A stretch of DNA of 32,000 bases from Candidatus Saccharimonadota bacterium (lineage in GTDB: Bacteria > Pseudomonadota > Gammaproteobacteria > Enterobacterales > Enterobacteriaceae), in contig NZ_CP046533.1 in NCBI RefSeq assembly GCF_014857065.1, positions 690,001 to 722,000 of the forward strand, in the 5' to 3' direction. The translations under genes and the position numbers were made by a program. This document shows positions 20,315-30,166 of this stretch, piece after piece. A model generated the notes under the pieces. It was not told the origin of the DNA, did no database searches, and saw only the letters and a program-made list of their open reading frames with translations. Positions within the stretch are counted from its first letter, which is position 1, and every line of letters starts with the position of its first letter.

Positions 20315-20635
20315 ATGGAATATTCAAAACCTTCTTTTTCTGATGTACTGGAGTTTGTACGTATGTTTCGTCGTAAAAATAAATTGCAAAGAGAAATTGC
20401 TGATAATGAAAGGAAGATTCATGATAATCAAAAAAGGATTTTATTATTAGGTAATTTGAATGATTATATTAATTCTGGGTCATCTATTGATGATATAAAG
20501 GCAATCATTGCTAATATGCGTGTTGACTATGAAGATCGTATAGATGAATATATTATCAAAAATGCTGAATTTTCAAAAGAAAAACGGGAATTGTCTAAAA
20601 AATTGAAATCTTTTGGGAAAACAGAGGAAATTTAG
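20315..20635 (+). CDS. yeeX: UPF0265 / DUF496 family protein YeeX
   Basis: 106 aa. As I recall the enterobacterial YeeX sequence, the matching blocks are [39 protein letters not shown] and DYEDR.D.YIIKNAE.SKE.R..SKKLK. It sits next to sbcB, close to its E. coli location. AAAGGT lies upstream of the ATG. Confidence 0.8.
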   Translation: MEYSKPSFSDVLEFVRMFRRKNKLQREIADNERKIHDNQKRILLLGNLNDYINSGSSIDDIKAIIANMRVDYEDRIDEYIIKNAEFSKEKRELSKKLKSFGKTEEI

Positions 20636-20875
20636 TACATATTAGATAATTTAATTACATATTCCACTCAATTTAATTAATCATTAGTTAGTGAATATTT
20701 CAATTTAATATGTTGTTGTTTCGTTTTTGCGATTAAATAATTATAATTTTATATTATAATGAATTTCCTGTCCCAATTTGCTTTATTTATATAAACGAGG
20801 ATACATATTATCATAGACATTGTAATTATAATTACGTTAAGGATAAATTACAAGTTAGATTATTATGTGATTTTG

Positions 20876-21868
20876 ATGAACAAGATTATTAATGATGTGC
20901 AATTAGATACTCAATTATTGACTTATGCTAAAGAAACTTTAGCTATTGAAATTGCTGAAGCACAGAGGATGTTATATCATTTAGATGATAATTTAATTGT
21001 AGCTTGTAAGATAGTTTTAAATTGTACAGGTAAAGTTGTTGTGATGGGCATGGGAAAATCTGGACATATAGGTAAAAAAATTGCGGCATCTTTAGCTAGC
21101 ACCGGTACTCCATCTTTTTTTATTCATCCTACAGAAGCTCTACATGGAGATTTAGGTATGATTAGTAATCAAGATGTAGTTATCTTTATTTCTTATTCCG
21201 GTTTTAATTGTGAATTTGATATTTTGATGCCATTACTAAATGAAAATTCTATTCCAGTCATAGCTTTTACTGGAAATATTACATCTTCTTTAGCTAAATC
21301 AGCTACATGTGTGTTGAATATTAATATTGAAAGAGAAGCTTGTCCAATGGAATTATCTCCTACTTCAAGCACGGTAAATACATTAATGATGGGTGATGCA
21401 TTGACGATGGCAGTAATGCGTCAACGTGGTTTTAGTATTGAACAATTTGCAAGATCTCATCCAGGAGGTGCATTAGGATCTCAATTATTAAATAGAGTAC
21501 GTCATGTAATGCGTGTGGGTGATCAAACAGCTAAAGTAACTTTTCAAGTGACAGTAATGGATGCCATGTTTGAGTTAAGTCGTACTGGATTAGGTTTAAC
21601 TGCAATATGTGATAATTTGAGTCATGTTCTGGGGGTTTTTACTGACGGTGATTTGCGTCGTTGGTTAGTCAAAGGTAAGTCTTTAAATGATTCTATTTTA
21701 AAAGCAATGACCAAACCGGGTTACCAATTATTAGAAAGTTTACGAGTAAGAAATGCAATAGATATTTTTTATAAATATAAAATTACAGCCGCTCCTGTAG
21801 TTAATGTTGATGGGTTACTAGTAGGTGCGATCAGTATGCATGATTTACGTAAAGTCAATATTGGATAA
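20876..21868 (+). CDS. gutQ: Arabinose-5-phosphate isomerase (SIS domain plus tandem CBS), GutQ-type
   Basis: GKVVVMGMGKSGHIGKKIAASLASTGTPSFFIHPTEALHGDLGMI, FISYSG, EREACPMELSPTSSTVNTLMMGDALTMAVM, VMDAMFELSRTGLGL and GVFTDGDLRRWLV. From memory these blocks match E. coli GutQ better than KdsD. The track ORF starts at GTG 20867. I prefer the in-frame ATG 20876, but neither has a clear Shine-Dalgarno site. Confidence 0.88.
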   Translation: MNKIINDVQLDTQLLTYAKETLAIEIAEAQRMLYHLDDNLIVACKIVLNCTGKVVVMGMGKSGHIGKKIAASLASTGTPSFFIHPTEALHGDLGMISNQDVVIFISYSGFNCEFDILMPLLNENSIPVIAFTGNITSSLAKSATCVLNINIEREACPMELSPTSSTVNTLMMGDALTMAVMRQRGFSIEQFARSHPGGALGSQLLNRVRHVMRVGDQTAKVTFQVTVMDAMFELSRTGLGLTAICDNLSHVLGVFTDGDLRRWLVKGKSLNDSILKAMTKPGYQLLESLRVRNAIDIFYKYKITAAPVVNVDGLLVGAISMHDLRKVNIG

Positions 21869-21978
21869 GTATGAGAATAATCTGTGGCATTTGAGTTAAA
21901 ATATTTTGAAATTTTTATTTACTTAATTTACATTATTGGATAATTGGTTCTAGGTGTTTAGTTTTAAGAATTGGAAAA

Positions 21979-22051
21979 CTCCCCTGACTGGGCTCGAACC
22001 AGTGACATACGGATTAACAGTCCGCTGTTCTACCAACTGAACTACAGAGGA
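21979..22051 (-). tRNA. tRNA-Asn (anticodon GTT)
   Basis: The reverse strand reads TCCTCTGTAGTTCAGTTGGTAGAACAGCGGACTGTTAATCCGTATGTCACTGGTTCGAGCCCAGTCAGGGGAG. It is nearly identical to E. coli tRNA-Asn, with a full cloverleaf and anticodon loop CTGTTAA. No 3' CCA is encoded (the next bases are TTT). Confidence 0.95.
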
Positions 22052-22251
22052 ATTGTAGGCAATATTATATGTTCATTGAAGTAATGTCAACCAAATTAGG
22101 ATGTATTATTAAATTTGTGAAGTTTTTCTTTGCTTATTTATGTTTAAATTAGTTTTAAAAATTTATATGTGTTTAGAAAATTATTTAAAAATGTTACGTA
22201 ATAACCGGTATGTTTTAAAGATTCTACTATAGCAAGAAATTGTTTTAAAAT

Positions 22252-22341
22252 GGAGAGATGCCGGAGCGGATAAACGGGACAGTTTCGAAAACTGTTAGGA
22301 AATAAAAATTTTCTTCAAGGGTTCGAATCCCTTTCTCTCCT
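22252..22341 (+). tRNA. serU: tRNA-Ser (anticodon CGA), class II with long variable arm
   Basis: GGAGAGATGCCGGAGCGGATAAACGGGACAGTTTCGAAAACTGTTAGGAAATAAAAATTTTCTTCAAGGGTTCGAATCCCTTTCTCTCC. The acceptor stem is GGAGAGA/TCTCTCC, the anticodon loop is TTCGAAA, and the T arm is AAGGG-TTCGAAT-CCCTT. It resembles E. coli serU. No CCA is encoded; the base after the acceptor stem is T. Confidence 0.92.
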
Positions 22342-22550
22342 TATGTACTTAAGGATTTGGAATGTTGTTTTTATATGAATAATTGAATTCTCCGTGCGAT
22401 TGATATGATCATCTATTTTACATTTTATTTATGTTTTTAATGTTTTTGATTTATCAATTCTGTTGTATTTGCTTCTTTTCTAATATCTAAATTTTATTAA
22501 TTCTTAATTTTGTTTACTAAATATCAAAACCATTTTGGCGTTTGCGATGA

Positions 22551-22637
22551 CGGTGAGGAAGGGATTCGAACCCTTGATGCATATTAACACATTCACACTT
22601 TCCAGGCGTGCTCCTTCAACCACTCGGACACCTCACC
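22551..22637 (-). tRNA. tRNA-Ser (anticodon GGA), class II
   Basis: The reverse strand reads GGTGAGGTGTCCGAGTGGTTGAAGGAGCACGCCTGGAAAGTGTGAATGTGTTAATATGCATCAAGGGTTCGAATCCCTTCCTCACCG. It closely matches E. coli serW/serX, with anticodon loop CTGGAAA. No CCA is encoded (the next bases are TCA). Confidence 0.93.
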
Positions 22638-22789
22638 CCATAATTACAATTATCTAAGTTTATTTTAGTTTTTTAATATTTTTCGGTCAAGGATATTTTA
22701 TGTCTAAAAAATTTAGATTTTTATCGTTGTCAATTTAAATTTTACATGAACAAGTAATGTAAGATGATTTAGAATTGAAAAATAGAATT

Positions 22790-24013
22790 TTATTTTTTTT
22801 TGTTTTTATGAACTTTATTATTAATTGATGTTTTAATATTATTATGTTGGAATTGGCAATATAATCCGAGTAGAGTAACTATTCCAATTAATCCTAACAT
22901 ACACCATGGTAATTCAGGAATATTTAATTTATTACCTATATCATACAACCAACCGCTACCTCCGTAACCTATAATGCCTCCCAAAGCAAGACCTAATCTG
23001 CTAAACCCCATGTAACTACTACGTGCTTTATGATTTACAAAAGATGCTCCTAAGGTTTCTCGTGCTGGTTCAGCAATGATAGATCCTATATAAAATAAAC
23101 TGATTAATACTAATAAAGTACGTAAATTTTGAATTAGTCCAATAGGAAATAAACTGACTAACATAATAGTTAAACCAGTCATTAATCTTGTTTCTAATTT
23201 AAATCTTTTTTCACTCCAACAAGAAATAGGATAAAGTAATAACAAAGACAAAGTTGCTTCTATAGTATACATCCATCTTACAGCTGATGGCTGGCCTGCG
23301 ACTTCATTAACACGTATGGGTAACATTAACATTACTTGTATGGATAGCATATAATAACCAGTTAAAGTTAAAACGTATGTTACAAATCTATGATCATGTA
23401 ATACTTTTTTTATACCTTCCAACAAAGAGATTTTTATAGTAGATACACGATATGCAGGTAATTGCCAGGCATTAAAAATTGCTGCTAGCATAAATAATGC
23501 TGAGCCAGTTAAACAAACAAATTTAAAATCGTACTTTAATAACCAACTACCTAATAAAGTACCTATGATTGCACACAGACTATCTTCTAACATTAATAAA
23601 GAATAAAATCGTCCACGTTCCCAAGGTCTGATTAATTTCATAATTAATGCTGTACGTGGAGGATCAAATAAAGTTCCTCCTAATGCTGAAAAAATACATG
23701 CAAGCCATAATAACCATGGTGTATCTGCTAGGCTCATAATAATTAATCCAATAGCACGCATTAACATGCCAGAAACAATCATTGGTTTTGCTCCTAATTT
23801 ATCTGCAAATGCTCCACTAAAGATTCCTAATCCTTGTTGAATTAATTGACGTAAACCTAATGCTATTCCCACTATTAATGCCGTCCAACCTAAATGTTCT
23901 ATAAAATGTATAGAGATAAATGGAAATACAACATAAAATCCCATTACTACTAACATGTTGTCCATGATTAAAAAATATTTTCTTAGGTTTCTAGCTTGTG
24001 ATACTGAAAACAT
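22790..24013 (-). CDS. mdtH: MFS-family multidrug/H+ antiporter MdtH (YceL)
   Basis: [37 protein letters not shown] compares with E. coli MdtH [37 protein letters not shown]. Conserved blocks: [50 protein letters not shown] and [14 protein letters not shown]. 407 aa with about 12 predicted hydrophobic spans. GGTGGA lies upstream of the ATG. Confidence 0.92.
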   Translation of the reverse strand: MFSVSQARNLRKYFLIMDNMLVVMGFYVVFPFISIHFIEHLGWTALIVGIALGLRQLIQQGLGIFSGAFADKLGAKPMIVSGMLMRAIGLIIMSLADTPWLLWLACIFSALGGTLFDPPRTALIMKLIRPWERGRFYSLLMLEDSLCAIIGTLLGSWLLKYDFKFVCLTGSALFMLAAIFNAWQLPAYRVSTIKISLLEGIKKVLHDHRFVTYVLTLTGYYMLSIQVMLMLPIRVNEVAGQPSAVRWMYTIEATLSLLLLYPISCWSEKRFKLETRLMTGLTIMLVSLFPIGLIQNLRTLLVLISLFYIGSIIAEPARETLGASFVNHKARSSYMGFSRLGLALGGIIGYGGSGWLYDIGNKLNIPELPWCMLGLIGIVTLLGLYCQFQHNNIKTSINNKVHKNKKK

Positions 24014-24531
24014 GTTCCACCATTAAATTTGGAAAAATTCATTTCTTATTCAAGTTGGTTATTGATGGTAATCATATAATACGATTGTATTAATCAATGT
24101 GGTTTTACTTATTTTGTGATAAAATTAATAATATTCAATTACGTATATTATAATACATTTAATAGTATAAATTTGTTTTTAAATAAATATTTTTTGATTA
24201 TATTAAGGTCTGTAATTTGTAATATTTCTGTAGGATCTATTTTGAAAAATTTTAAATTATGAATTAAAAAAAATATCAGAGAATGTTATTATTATAAATA
24301 TTTTAATTATTAATTGCGATTATTGTCATATTTTGAAATTCAAATTTGGTAAATTTATATTTATTTCATTATTCCTTTCTTTGAATAATATTCAGTGATC
24401 TGGTTATAACTGGATGATTAAATTATTATAATTAAGCTTATTGTTTACTGATTTTTATTCAAGTTATTCCGGATAATGAAAATGGATATTAATTAATAAA
24501 TAATATTCCGCCTTGTAGTGTGATGAAGTTT

Positions 24532-26088
24532 ATGAATATTTTAAAATCTTTATATGCGGTTAGTATTATAACCATGTTTTCTCGTATATTAGGATTTATC
24601 CGTGATATTTTGATTGCAAGAATATTTGGTGTTGGTTTGATGACCGATGCTTTTTTTATAGCTTTCAAGTTACCTAATTTTTTACGTAGAATTTTTGCCG
24701 AAGGAGCTTTTTCTCAAGCCTTTATACCAATTTTAGTAGAATATAGGAAAACACAGGAAAAATCAGTTGTCCGTGCTTTTATTGCACATGTATCCGGATT
24801 ATTGATATTTATATTAGTATTTGTTATTTTACTTGGTGTTCTTACTACTCCTTTTTTAATTAGTATATTTGCTCCTGGATTTATCAATATTAGGGAAAAG
24901 TTTACTTTAACCATTGATTTGGCTAGAATAACTTTTCCTTATATTTTTTTTATTTCATTATCCTCTTTAATAGGAGCTATTCTTAATACTTGGAATATTT
25001 TTTTGTTACCTTCTATTGCTCCTATACTTCTGAATATTAGTATAATAATTTTTGCTATGTTGGCTACTTCGTTTTTTTATCCTCCGATTATGGCATTGGC
25101 TTGGTCAGTGATAGTAGGTGGTATATTACAGTTAGTGTATCAACTTCCATATTTAAGTAAAATTGGTATGTTAGTAATACCTCATTTAAATTTTTTTAAT
25201 TTTGGAATATGGAGGATATTAAAATCGGTAGGTACGATAATCTTAGGTGTTTCTGTCAATCAAATATCTTTACTAATTAATACCATTTTCGCATCTTTTT
25301 TAGTTTCCGGTTCTGTGTCTTGGATATATTATGCAGATCGTCTTATGGAATTCCCTGTAGGTATTTTAGGAGTATCATTAAGTACTGTTTTATTACCGTT
25401 ATTGTCTCGGTCATTTTCGGATAAAAATTTATATCACTATTCTTGTTTAATGGATTGGAGTTTAAGAATTTGTTTTATATTATCTTTGCCTAGTGCTTTA
25501 TTATTAGGTGTTTTAGCTAAACCATTAGTTATAGTATTATTTCAATATGGTAATTTTTCGTCTTATGATGTATTAATGACTAAACAGGCTTTAGTTGCTT
25601 ATTCTATAGGATTAGTGGGTTTAATTTTGGTAAGAATTTTATCTTCTGCATTCTATTCTTCTCATAATATACAAATTCCAGTGCGTATTTCTTTTATTGT
25701 ATTAATTTTAACTCAATTAATGAATATAGCTTTTATTATACCATTAAAACATGTTGGTTTATCTTTAGCTATTAGTTTAAGCGCTTGTTGTAATGCGGGT
25801 TTACTTTATTGGCAATTGCGTGCAAATAAAATATTTAAACCACAACCTGGATGGTTAATATTTTTTTTGCGAATATTGTTAGCGTTAGGAATGATGTTAA
25901 TTGTTACTGTGACGTTACGTACCTTAATAATTGATTGGACTACTGGCGGCATGTTGTATAGGTTTTTACGTTTGATGAGTGTAATATCGGTAAGTTTTTT
26001 AGTTTATTTTATTAGCTTATGGTTTGTAGGAATTAGATTAAAAGATTTTCTTGATAAGTTTCGTTTTTATTCTTTTTACACAGATTAA
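24532..26088 (+). CDS. murJ: Lipid II flippase MurJ (MviN)
   Basis: The track ORF starts at GTG 24520. Homology (E. coli MNLLKSLAAVSSMTMFSRVLGFARD) sets the start at MNILKSLYAVSIITMFSRILGFIRD, ATG 24532. Further blocks: TDAFF.AFKLPN.LRRIFAEGAFSQAF.PIL.EY, SVSW.YYADRLMEFP.G.LGV and KIF.PQPGW. Confidence 0.95.
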   Translation: MNILKSLYAVSIITMFSRILGFIRDILIARIFGVGLMTDAFFIAFKLPNFLRRIFAEGAFSQAFIPILVEYRKTQEKSVVRAFIAHVSGLLIFILVFVILLGVLTTPFLISIFAPGFINIREKFTLTIDLARITFPYIFFISLSSLIGAILNTWNIFLLPSIAPILLNISIIIFAMLATSFFYPPIMALAWSVIVGGILQLVYQLPYLSKIGMLVIPHLNFFNFGIWRILKSVGTIILGVSVNQISLLINTIFASFLVSGSVSWIYYADRLMEFPVGILGVSLSTVLLPLLSRSFSDKNLYHYSCLMDWSLRICFILSLPSALLLGVLAKPLVIVLFQYGNFSSYDVLMTKQALVAYSIGLVGLILVRILSSAFYSSHNIQIPVRISFIVLILTQLMNIAFIIPLKHVGLSLAISLSACCNAGLLYWQLRANKIFKPQPGWLIFFLRILLALGMMLIVTVTLRTLIIDWTTGGMLYRFLRLMSVISVSFLVYFISLWFVGIRLKDFLDKFRFYSFYTD

Positions 26089-26141
26089 TTGTATTATCAG
26101 GACAAAATTTTTTGAGATTTTGGTGATTTATTTTAATGTCT

Positions 26142-27878
26142 TTACATTTGTTCTGTTGTTTCAATTCCTAATAGATTTAATCCTTTTTTTAAAATTTTAG
26201 CGGTTAATATTAATAATTTCAATCTACTATGTCGTGTGATTTGATTTTGTGTTTTTAAAATAGAACAAAATTCATAAAAAGAAGAAAATAATGTAGCTAT
26301 TTTATAAAGATAAGAACACAATACATGTGGAGTACCGTTTTTTGCTACTATAGTAATAGTTTCTTCGAAACGGAGGAGATACAGAGCTAATTGAATTTCT
26401 TGCTGTGATTCCAATTTTATTTCTTTTGTTAATTTCTCTTGTTCTTTTTTGCTATTTTTTAGAATAGAATTGGCGCGAGTGAATGCATATAGTATATATG
26501 GAGCTGTATTTCCTTCGAAATTCAACATTTTATTCCAATCAAATATGTAGTTTGTTGCACGGTTTTTTGACAAGTCGGCATATTTTATAGCACCAATACT
26601 AATAATTTGTGCTAGTCTTTTTATATTTACTGAATTTTTATTGTAGTTTTTGCTTAATATGAAATTATATGCTTTTTCTAAACCTTCATCTAATAATTTT
26701 TTAAGTTTTACAGTGTTTCCTGATCTAGTTTTAAATGGTCTACCTTTCTTATCAAGTATCATGCCAAACATATGATGTTCTAAGGATACATATTTATTTA
26801 TATATCCAGCTTTACGCGCAATGTTCCACACCTGGTTAAGATGTTGATGTTGACGATAATCAGTATAGTAAATTATTCTATCTGCTTTTAATATTTCAGA
26901 ACGATATTTTATACAGGCAATATCGGTAGTTGTATACAGATACGATCCGTCTTTTTTTTGAATAATTACGCCCATTTTTTTGCCTTGTTTGTTTTTTACA
27001 TGGTCAAGGTATATTACAGTAGCTCCAAAACTTATTACTGCTAATTTTTTGTTTTTTAGATCTTTTATCATATTAGGTATCATATTTCGATACATACTTT
27101 CGCCCATGATATTATTTTCCTGTAAGGTAATATTCAGGCGTTCATAGATTTTTTGATTTTCTTTAATAGTTGCTCGTATTAATTTTTTCCATATTTTAAA
27201 AGAGTAATCGTCACCATTTTGCAATTTTACGACGTATTCTTGTGCCATTTTTGCAAAGTGTGGATTTTGATCATATTCTTTTTTAGCTTTTCTATAATAT
27301 TTTTCTAATTTATTAATATTAATTTTTTTATAAAATTGATCGTTAAGTTTTATTTGTTTCATATAAGCGATTAACATACCAAATTGAGTTCCCCAATCTC
27401 CTATATGATTAACACGAATTACATTATGACCTAAAAGTGATAAAGTACGTGCCATTGCATCTCCTATTACAGTAGATCGTAAATGTCCTATATGCATTTC
27501 TTTTGCCATATTAGGAGATGAGTAATCAATTATGATAGTTTTAGGAATTACAGAAGGTATACCAAATTTATTTTTAGAATATATTTGATTAATTTGTTGA
27601 GCTATCCAATTTGATTTTAGAAAAATATTAATAAAACCAGGTTCAACTATTTCTATTTTACTAGATATATCATTGATTTGAACTAAATTTATGATTTTGG
27701 AAGCAAGTTGTTTAGGACATATATTCAATTTTTTTGCTATGTTTATTATTCCATTAATTTGATAATCTCCGAATTCTATTTTACTAGACTGTTGTATGTT
27801 TACTTTATATACAGCTGGAATACTTGCATGAATAAAAGTCTTTTTAATTATTTTTGTAAGAAGTAATTTAATATTCAT
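26142..27878 (-). CDS. argS: Arginyl-tRNA synthetase
   Basis: 578 aa. FGDYQ.NG, VDYSSPN.AKEMH.GHLRST.IGDA (HIGH-type), NH.GDWGTQFGMLIA, GVIIQKKDG.YLYTTTDIAC.KYR, FKTRSG.TVKL and the C-terminal ...LGIET.E.M all match E. coli ArgS. Confidence 0.96.
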   Translation of the reverse strand: MNIKLLLTKIIKKTFIHASIPAVYKVNIQQSSKIEFGDYQINGIINIAKKLNICPKQLASKIINLVQINDISSKIEIVEPGFINIFLKSNWIAQQINQIYSKNKFGIPSVIPKTIIIDYSSPNMAKEMHIGHLRSTVIGDAMARTLSLLGHNVIRVNHIGDWGTQFGMLIAYMKQIKLNDQFYKKININKLEKYYRKAKKEYDQNPHFAKMAQEYVVKLQNGDDYSFKIWKKLIRATIKENQKIYERLNITLQENNIMGESMYRNMIPNMIKDLKNKKLAVISFGATVIYLDHVKNKQGKKMGVIIQKKDGSYLYTTTDIACIKYRSEILKADRIIYYTDYRQHQHLNQVWNIARKAGYINKYVSLEHHMFGMILDKKGRPFKTRSGNTVKLKKLLDEGLEKAYNFILSKNYNKNSVNIKRLAQIISIGAIKYADLSKNRATNYIFDWNKMLNFEGNTAPYILYAFTRANSILKNSKKEQEKLTKEIKLESQQEIQLALYLLRFEETITIVAKNGTPHVLCSYLYKIATLFSSFYEFCSILKTQNQITRHSRLKLLILTAKILKKGLNLLGIETTEQM

Positions 27879-28420
27879 AATTTATGTTACGTTGAGGTTA
27901 TGTTTTTAAAATTTTTATTTTAGAAATTAGGCTGTTACAATAAATAATGTATTGATGGATTAATTTAGTATATTATACGCTGTGTTTTGTGTTTTTTAAT
28001 ATAACCTATTCTAATTATAGTAATCTATTATTAATTTAATTAAATATTTTAAATTGTGCATTATATTATAGATTGTTTTAAGTTGTAATAATTTATATTT
28101 TAGATAATGTGCTCATTGTTTTTCCATGCATATACATAGTAAGGTATGGTTTATTAGTTTTTTATTAAAATGTAAATGAGTATCTTATATGATATTATTT
28201 TCGAAATAGTTTCTATTTTATTTTATGATATTTATAAATAAATAGACTATTTGTTCTATTTAAATTGTTAATTTTATTTATGGTTTATGTTCGCAATGCT
28301 GGGCTTATTTAATTTGTAATTGTTAATAAGCATGAATTCTATTAAAATTATTCTAATTTCTTACTTTATCAGTTTGTTTTATATTTGTTGTCATTAAATA
28401 ATAAGTAGAGTAGTAAATTT

Positions 28421-30166
28421 ATGCGTACTATATATTGTGGAGAGTTAGATTTATTTCATGTTGGATTAGAAGTAACATTATGTGGTTGGGTGAATAGGTA
28501 TCGTAATATTGGGCATTTAATTTTTATTGATCTTCGCGATCGTGAGGGATGTATACAAGTGGTGTTTATTTCTAAACACAAAGAAGCTTTTGTTATTGCT
28601 TCTGAATTGCGTAATGAATTTTGTGTACAGTTAGTCGGCATTGTTAGAATGCGTCCAAAACTTTGTATTAAAAGCACAAAAAATATTGAGAAAATTGAAG
28701 TATTAGCTACACGGTTAATTATCTTAAGTCGTTCTGAATTTTTACCATTAGATTTTCATCAGAATAATTTTGAAGAAAAAAGATTAAGATATCGTTATCT
28801 TGATTTGCGTAGTTCAAATATGACAAAAAGATTGAAAATTCGTTCCATTGTCACAAGCTGTATTAGAAATTTTATGGAATCAGAAGGGTTTTGGGATATT
28901 GAAACTCCTTTATTAGCAAAAATAACTTTAGAAGGTGCTCGTGATTATTTAGTACCCAGTAGGGTGCATAAAGGTAAGTTTTTTGCTTTATCTCAATCCC
29001 CTCAACTATTTAAACAGTTATTAATGATTTCAGGTTTTGATCGTTATTATCAGATTGTTAAATGTTTTCGTGATGAGGATTTGCGGTCTGATCGTCAGCC
29101 GGAATTTACTCAGATTGATATTGAAACTTCTTTTACGACTGCTATTCAAGTGCGTGAAATTATGGAACGTTTAATAAGAAGCATATGGCAAAAGATTATA
29201 GGCATTGATTTAGGAATGTTTCCTCAATTTAGTTATGCTGAAGTAATGCGGAGATTTGGTTCTGATAAACCAGATTTGCGTATTCCCATCGAAATAATAG
29301 ATATAATTGATTTAGTAAATCAAGTAGAGTTAGATTTTTTTTCTGATGCAATTAATAATAAAGGTCGCATTGCTTTGCTTAAAGTTTCTGGAGGATCAAT
29401 TTTAAATAAAGATCAAATAAAAAATTATGTTCAATTTGTTCAATCATATGGTGTTAAAGAATTATTATGGATTAAAGTTCATGTATGTTCTGATGGTATT
29501 AGAAAAATTTATAGTCCAGTTTCTATTTTTTTCACTTCTTATGTTGTTGATGCTATTTTAGCTAGAAGTGAAGCTAATAATGGGGATATTATTTTTATTG
29601 CAGCAGGATCTACTAAATTAGTTACTGATGCACTTGGTGCTTTGAGAATTAAATTAGGTTTAGAATTACATTTAATACATTATGATAGTTGGATGCCTTT
29701 GTGGATAGTGGATTTTCCAATGTTCAAAAAAAATGATGAAGGTGATATTGTAGCCATGCATCATGCATTTACAGCTCCTATGAAAAATATTGATACACAA
29801 ATGTTAAAATCCAGTCCATTTACAGCTATTGCGGATTCTTATGATATGGTAATTAATGGATATGAAATAGGTAGTGGTTCCGTACGTATTAATTGTCTTA
29901 ATATGCAACGAGTTGTTCTTTCTATTTTAGGTATTAGTGAACATGAGCAAAATGAAAAATTCGGGTGTTTACTTGATGCCTTAAAATATGGCGCCCCACC
30001 TCATGCTGGTTTTGCTTTTGGTCTTGATAGATTAATTATGTTATTAACAGGCGTGAATAGTATTCGTGATGTGATTGCTTTTCCAAAAACTACTGCATCT
30101 TCTGATTTGATGCTTAATGCTCCTAGTTTTAGTGATGATGAAGCTTTAAATAAATTGTGTTATTGA
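28421..30166 (+). CDS. aspS: Aspartyl-tRNA synthetase
   Basis: 581 aa. [24 protein letters not shown]. Class II motifs [66 protein letters not shown] and [18 protein letters not shown]...[10 protein letters not shown]. Confidence 0.97.
   Translation: MRTIYCGELDLFHVGLEVTLCGWVNRYRNIGHLIFIDLRDREGCIQVVFISKHKEAFVIASELRNEFCVQLVGIVRMRPKLCIKSTKNIEKIEVLATRLIILSRSEFLPLDFHQNNFEEKRLRYRYLDLRSSNMTKRLKIRSIVTSCIRNFMESEGFWDIETPLLAKITLEGARDYLVPSRVHKGKFFALSQSPQLFKQLLMISGFDRYYQIVKCFRDEDLRSDRQPEFTQIDIETSFTTAIQVREIMERLIRSIWQKIIGIDLGMFPQFSYAEVMRRFGSDKPDLRIPIEIIDIIDLVNQVELDFFSDAINNKGRIALLKVSGGSILNKDQIKNYVQFVQSYGVKELLWIKVHVCSDGIRKIYSPVSIFFTSYVVDAILARSEANNGDIIFIAAGSTKLVTDALGALRIKLGLELHLIHYDSWMPLWIVDFPMFKKNDEGDIVAMHHAFTAPMKNIDTQMLKSSPFTAIADSYDMVINGYEIGSGSVRINCLNMQRVVLSILGISEHEQNEKFGCLLDALKYGAPPHAGFAFGLDRLIMLLTGVNSIRDVIAFPKTTASSDLMLNAPSFSDDEALNKLCY

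Noticed and set aside
24046-24465. Direct repeat of the 11-mer TTATTCAAGTT (24046-24056 and 24455-24465) in the mdtH-murJ spacer.
   Set aside because: A single 11-nt A/T-rich match within about 500 nt is roughly what chance predicts. There is no extended similarity around either copy and no target-site-duplication context.
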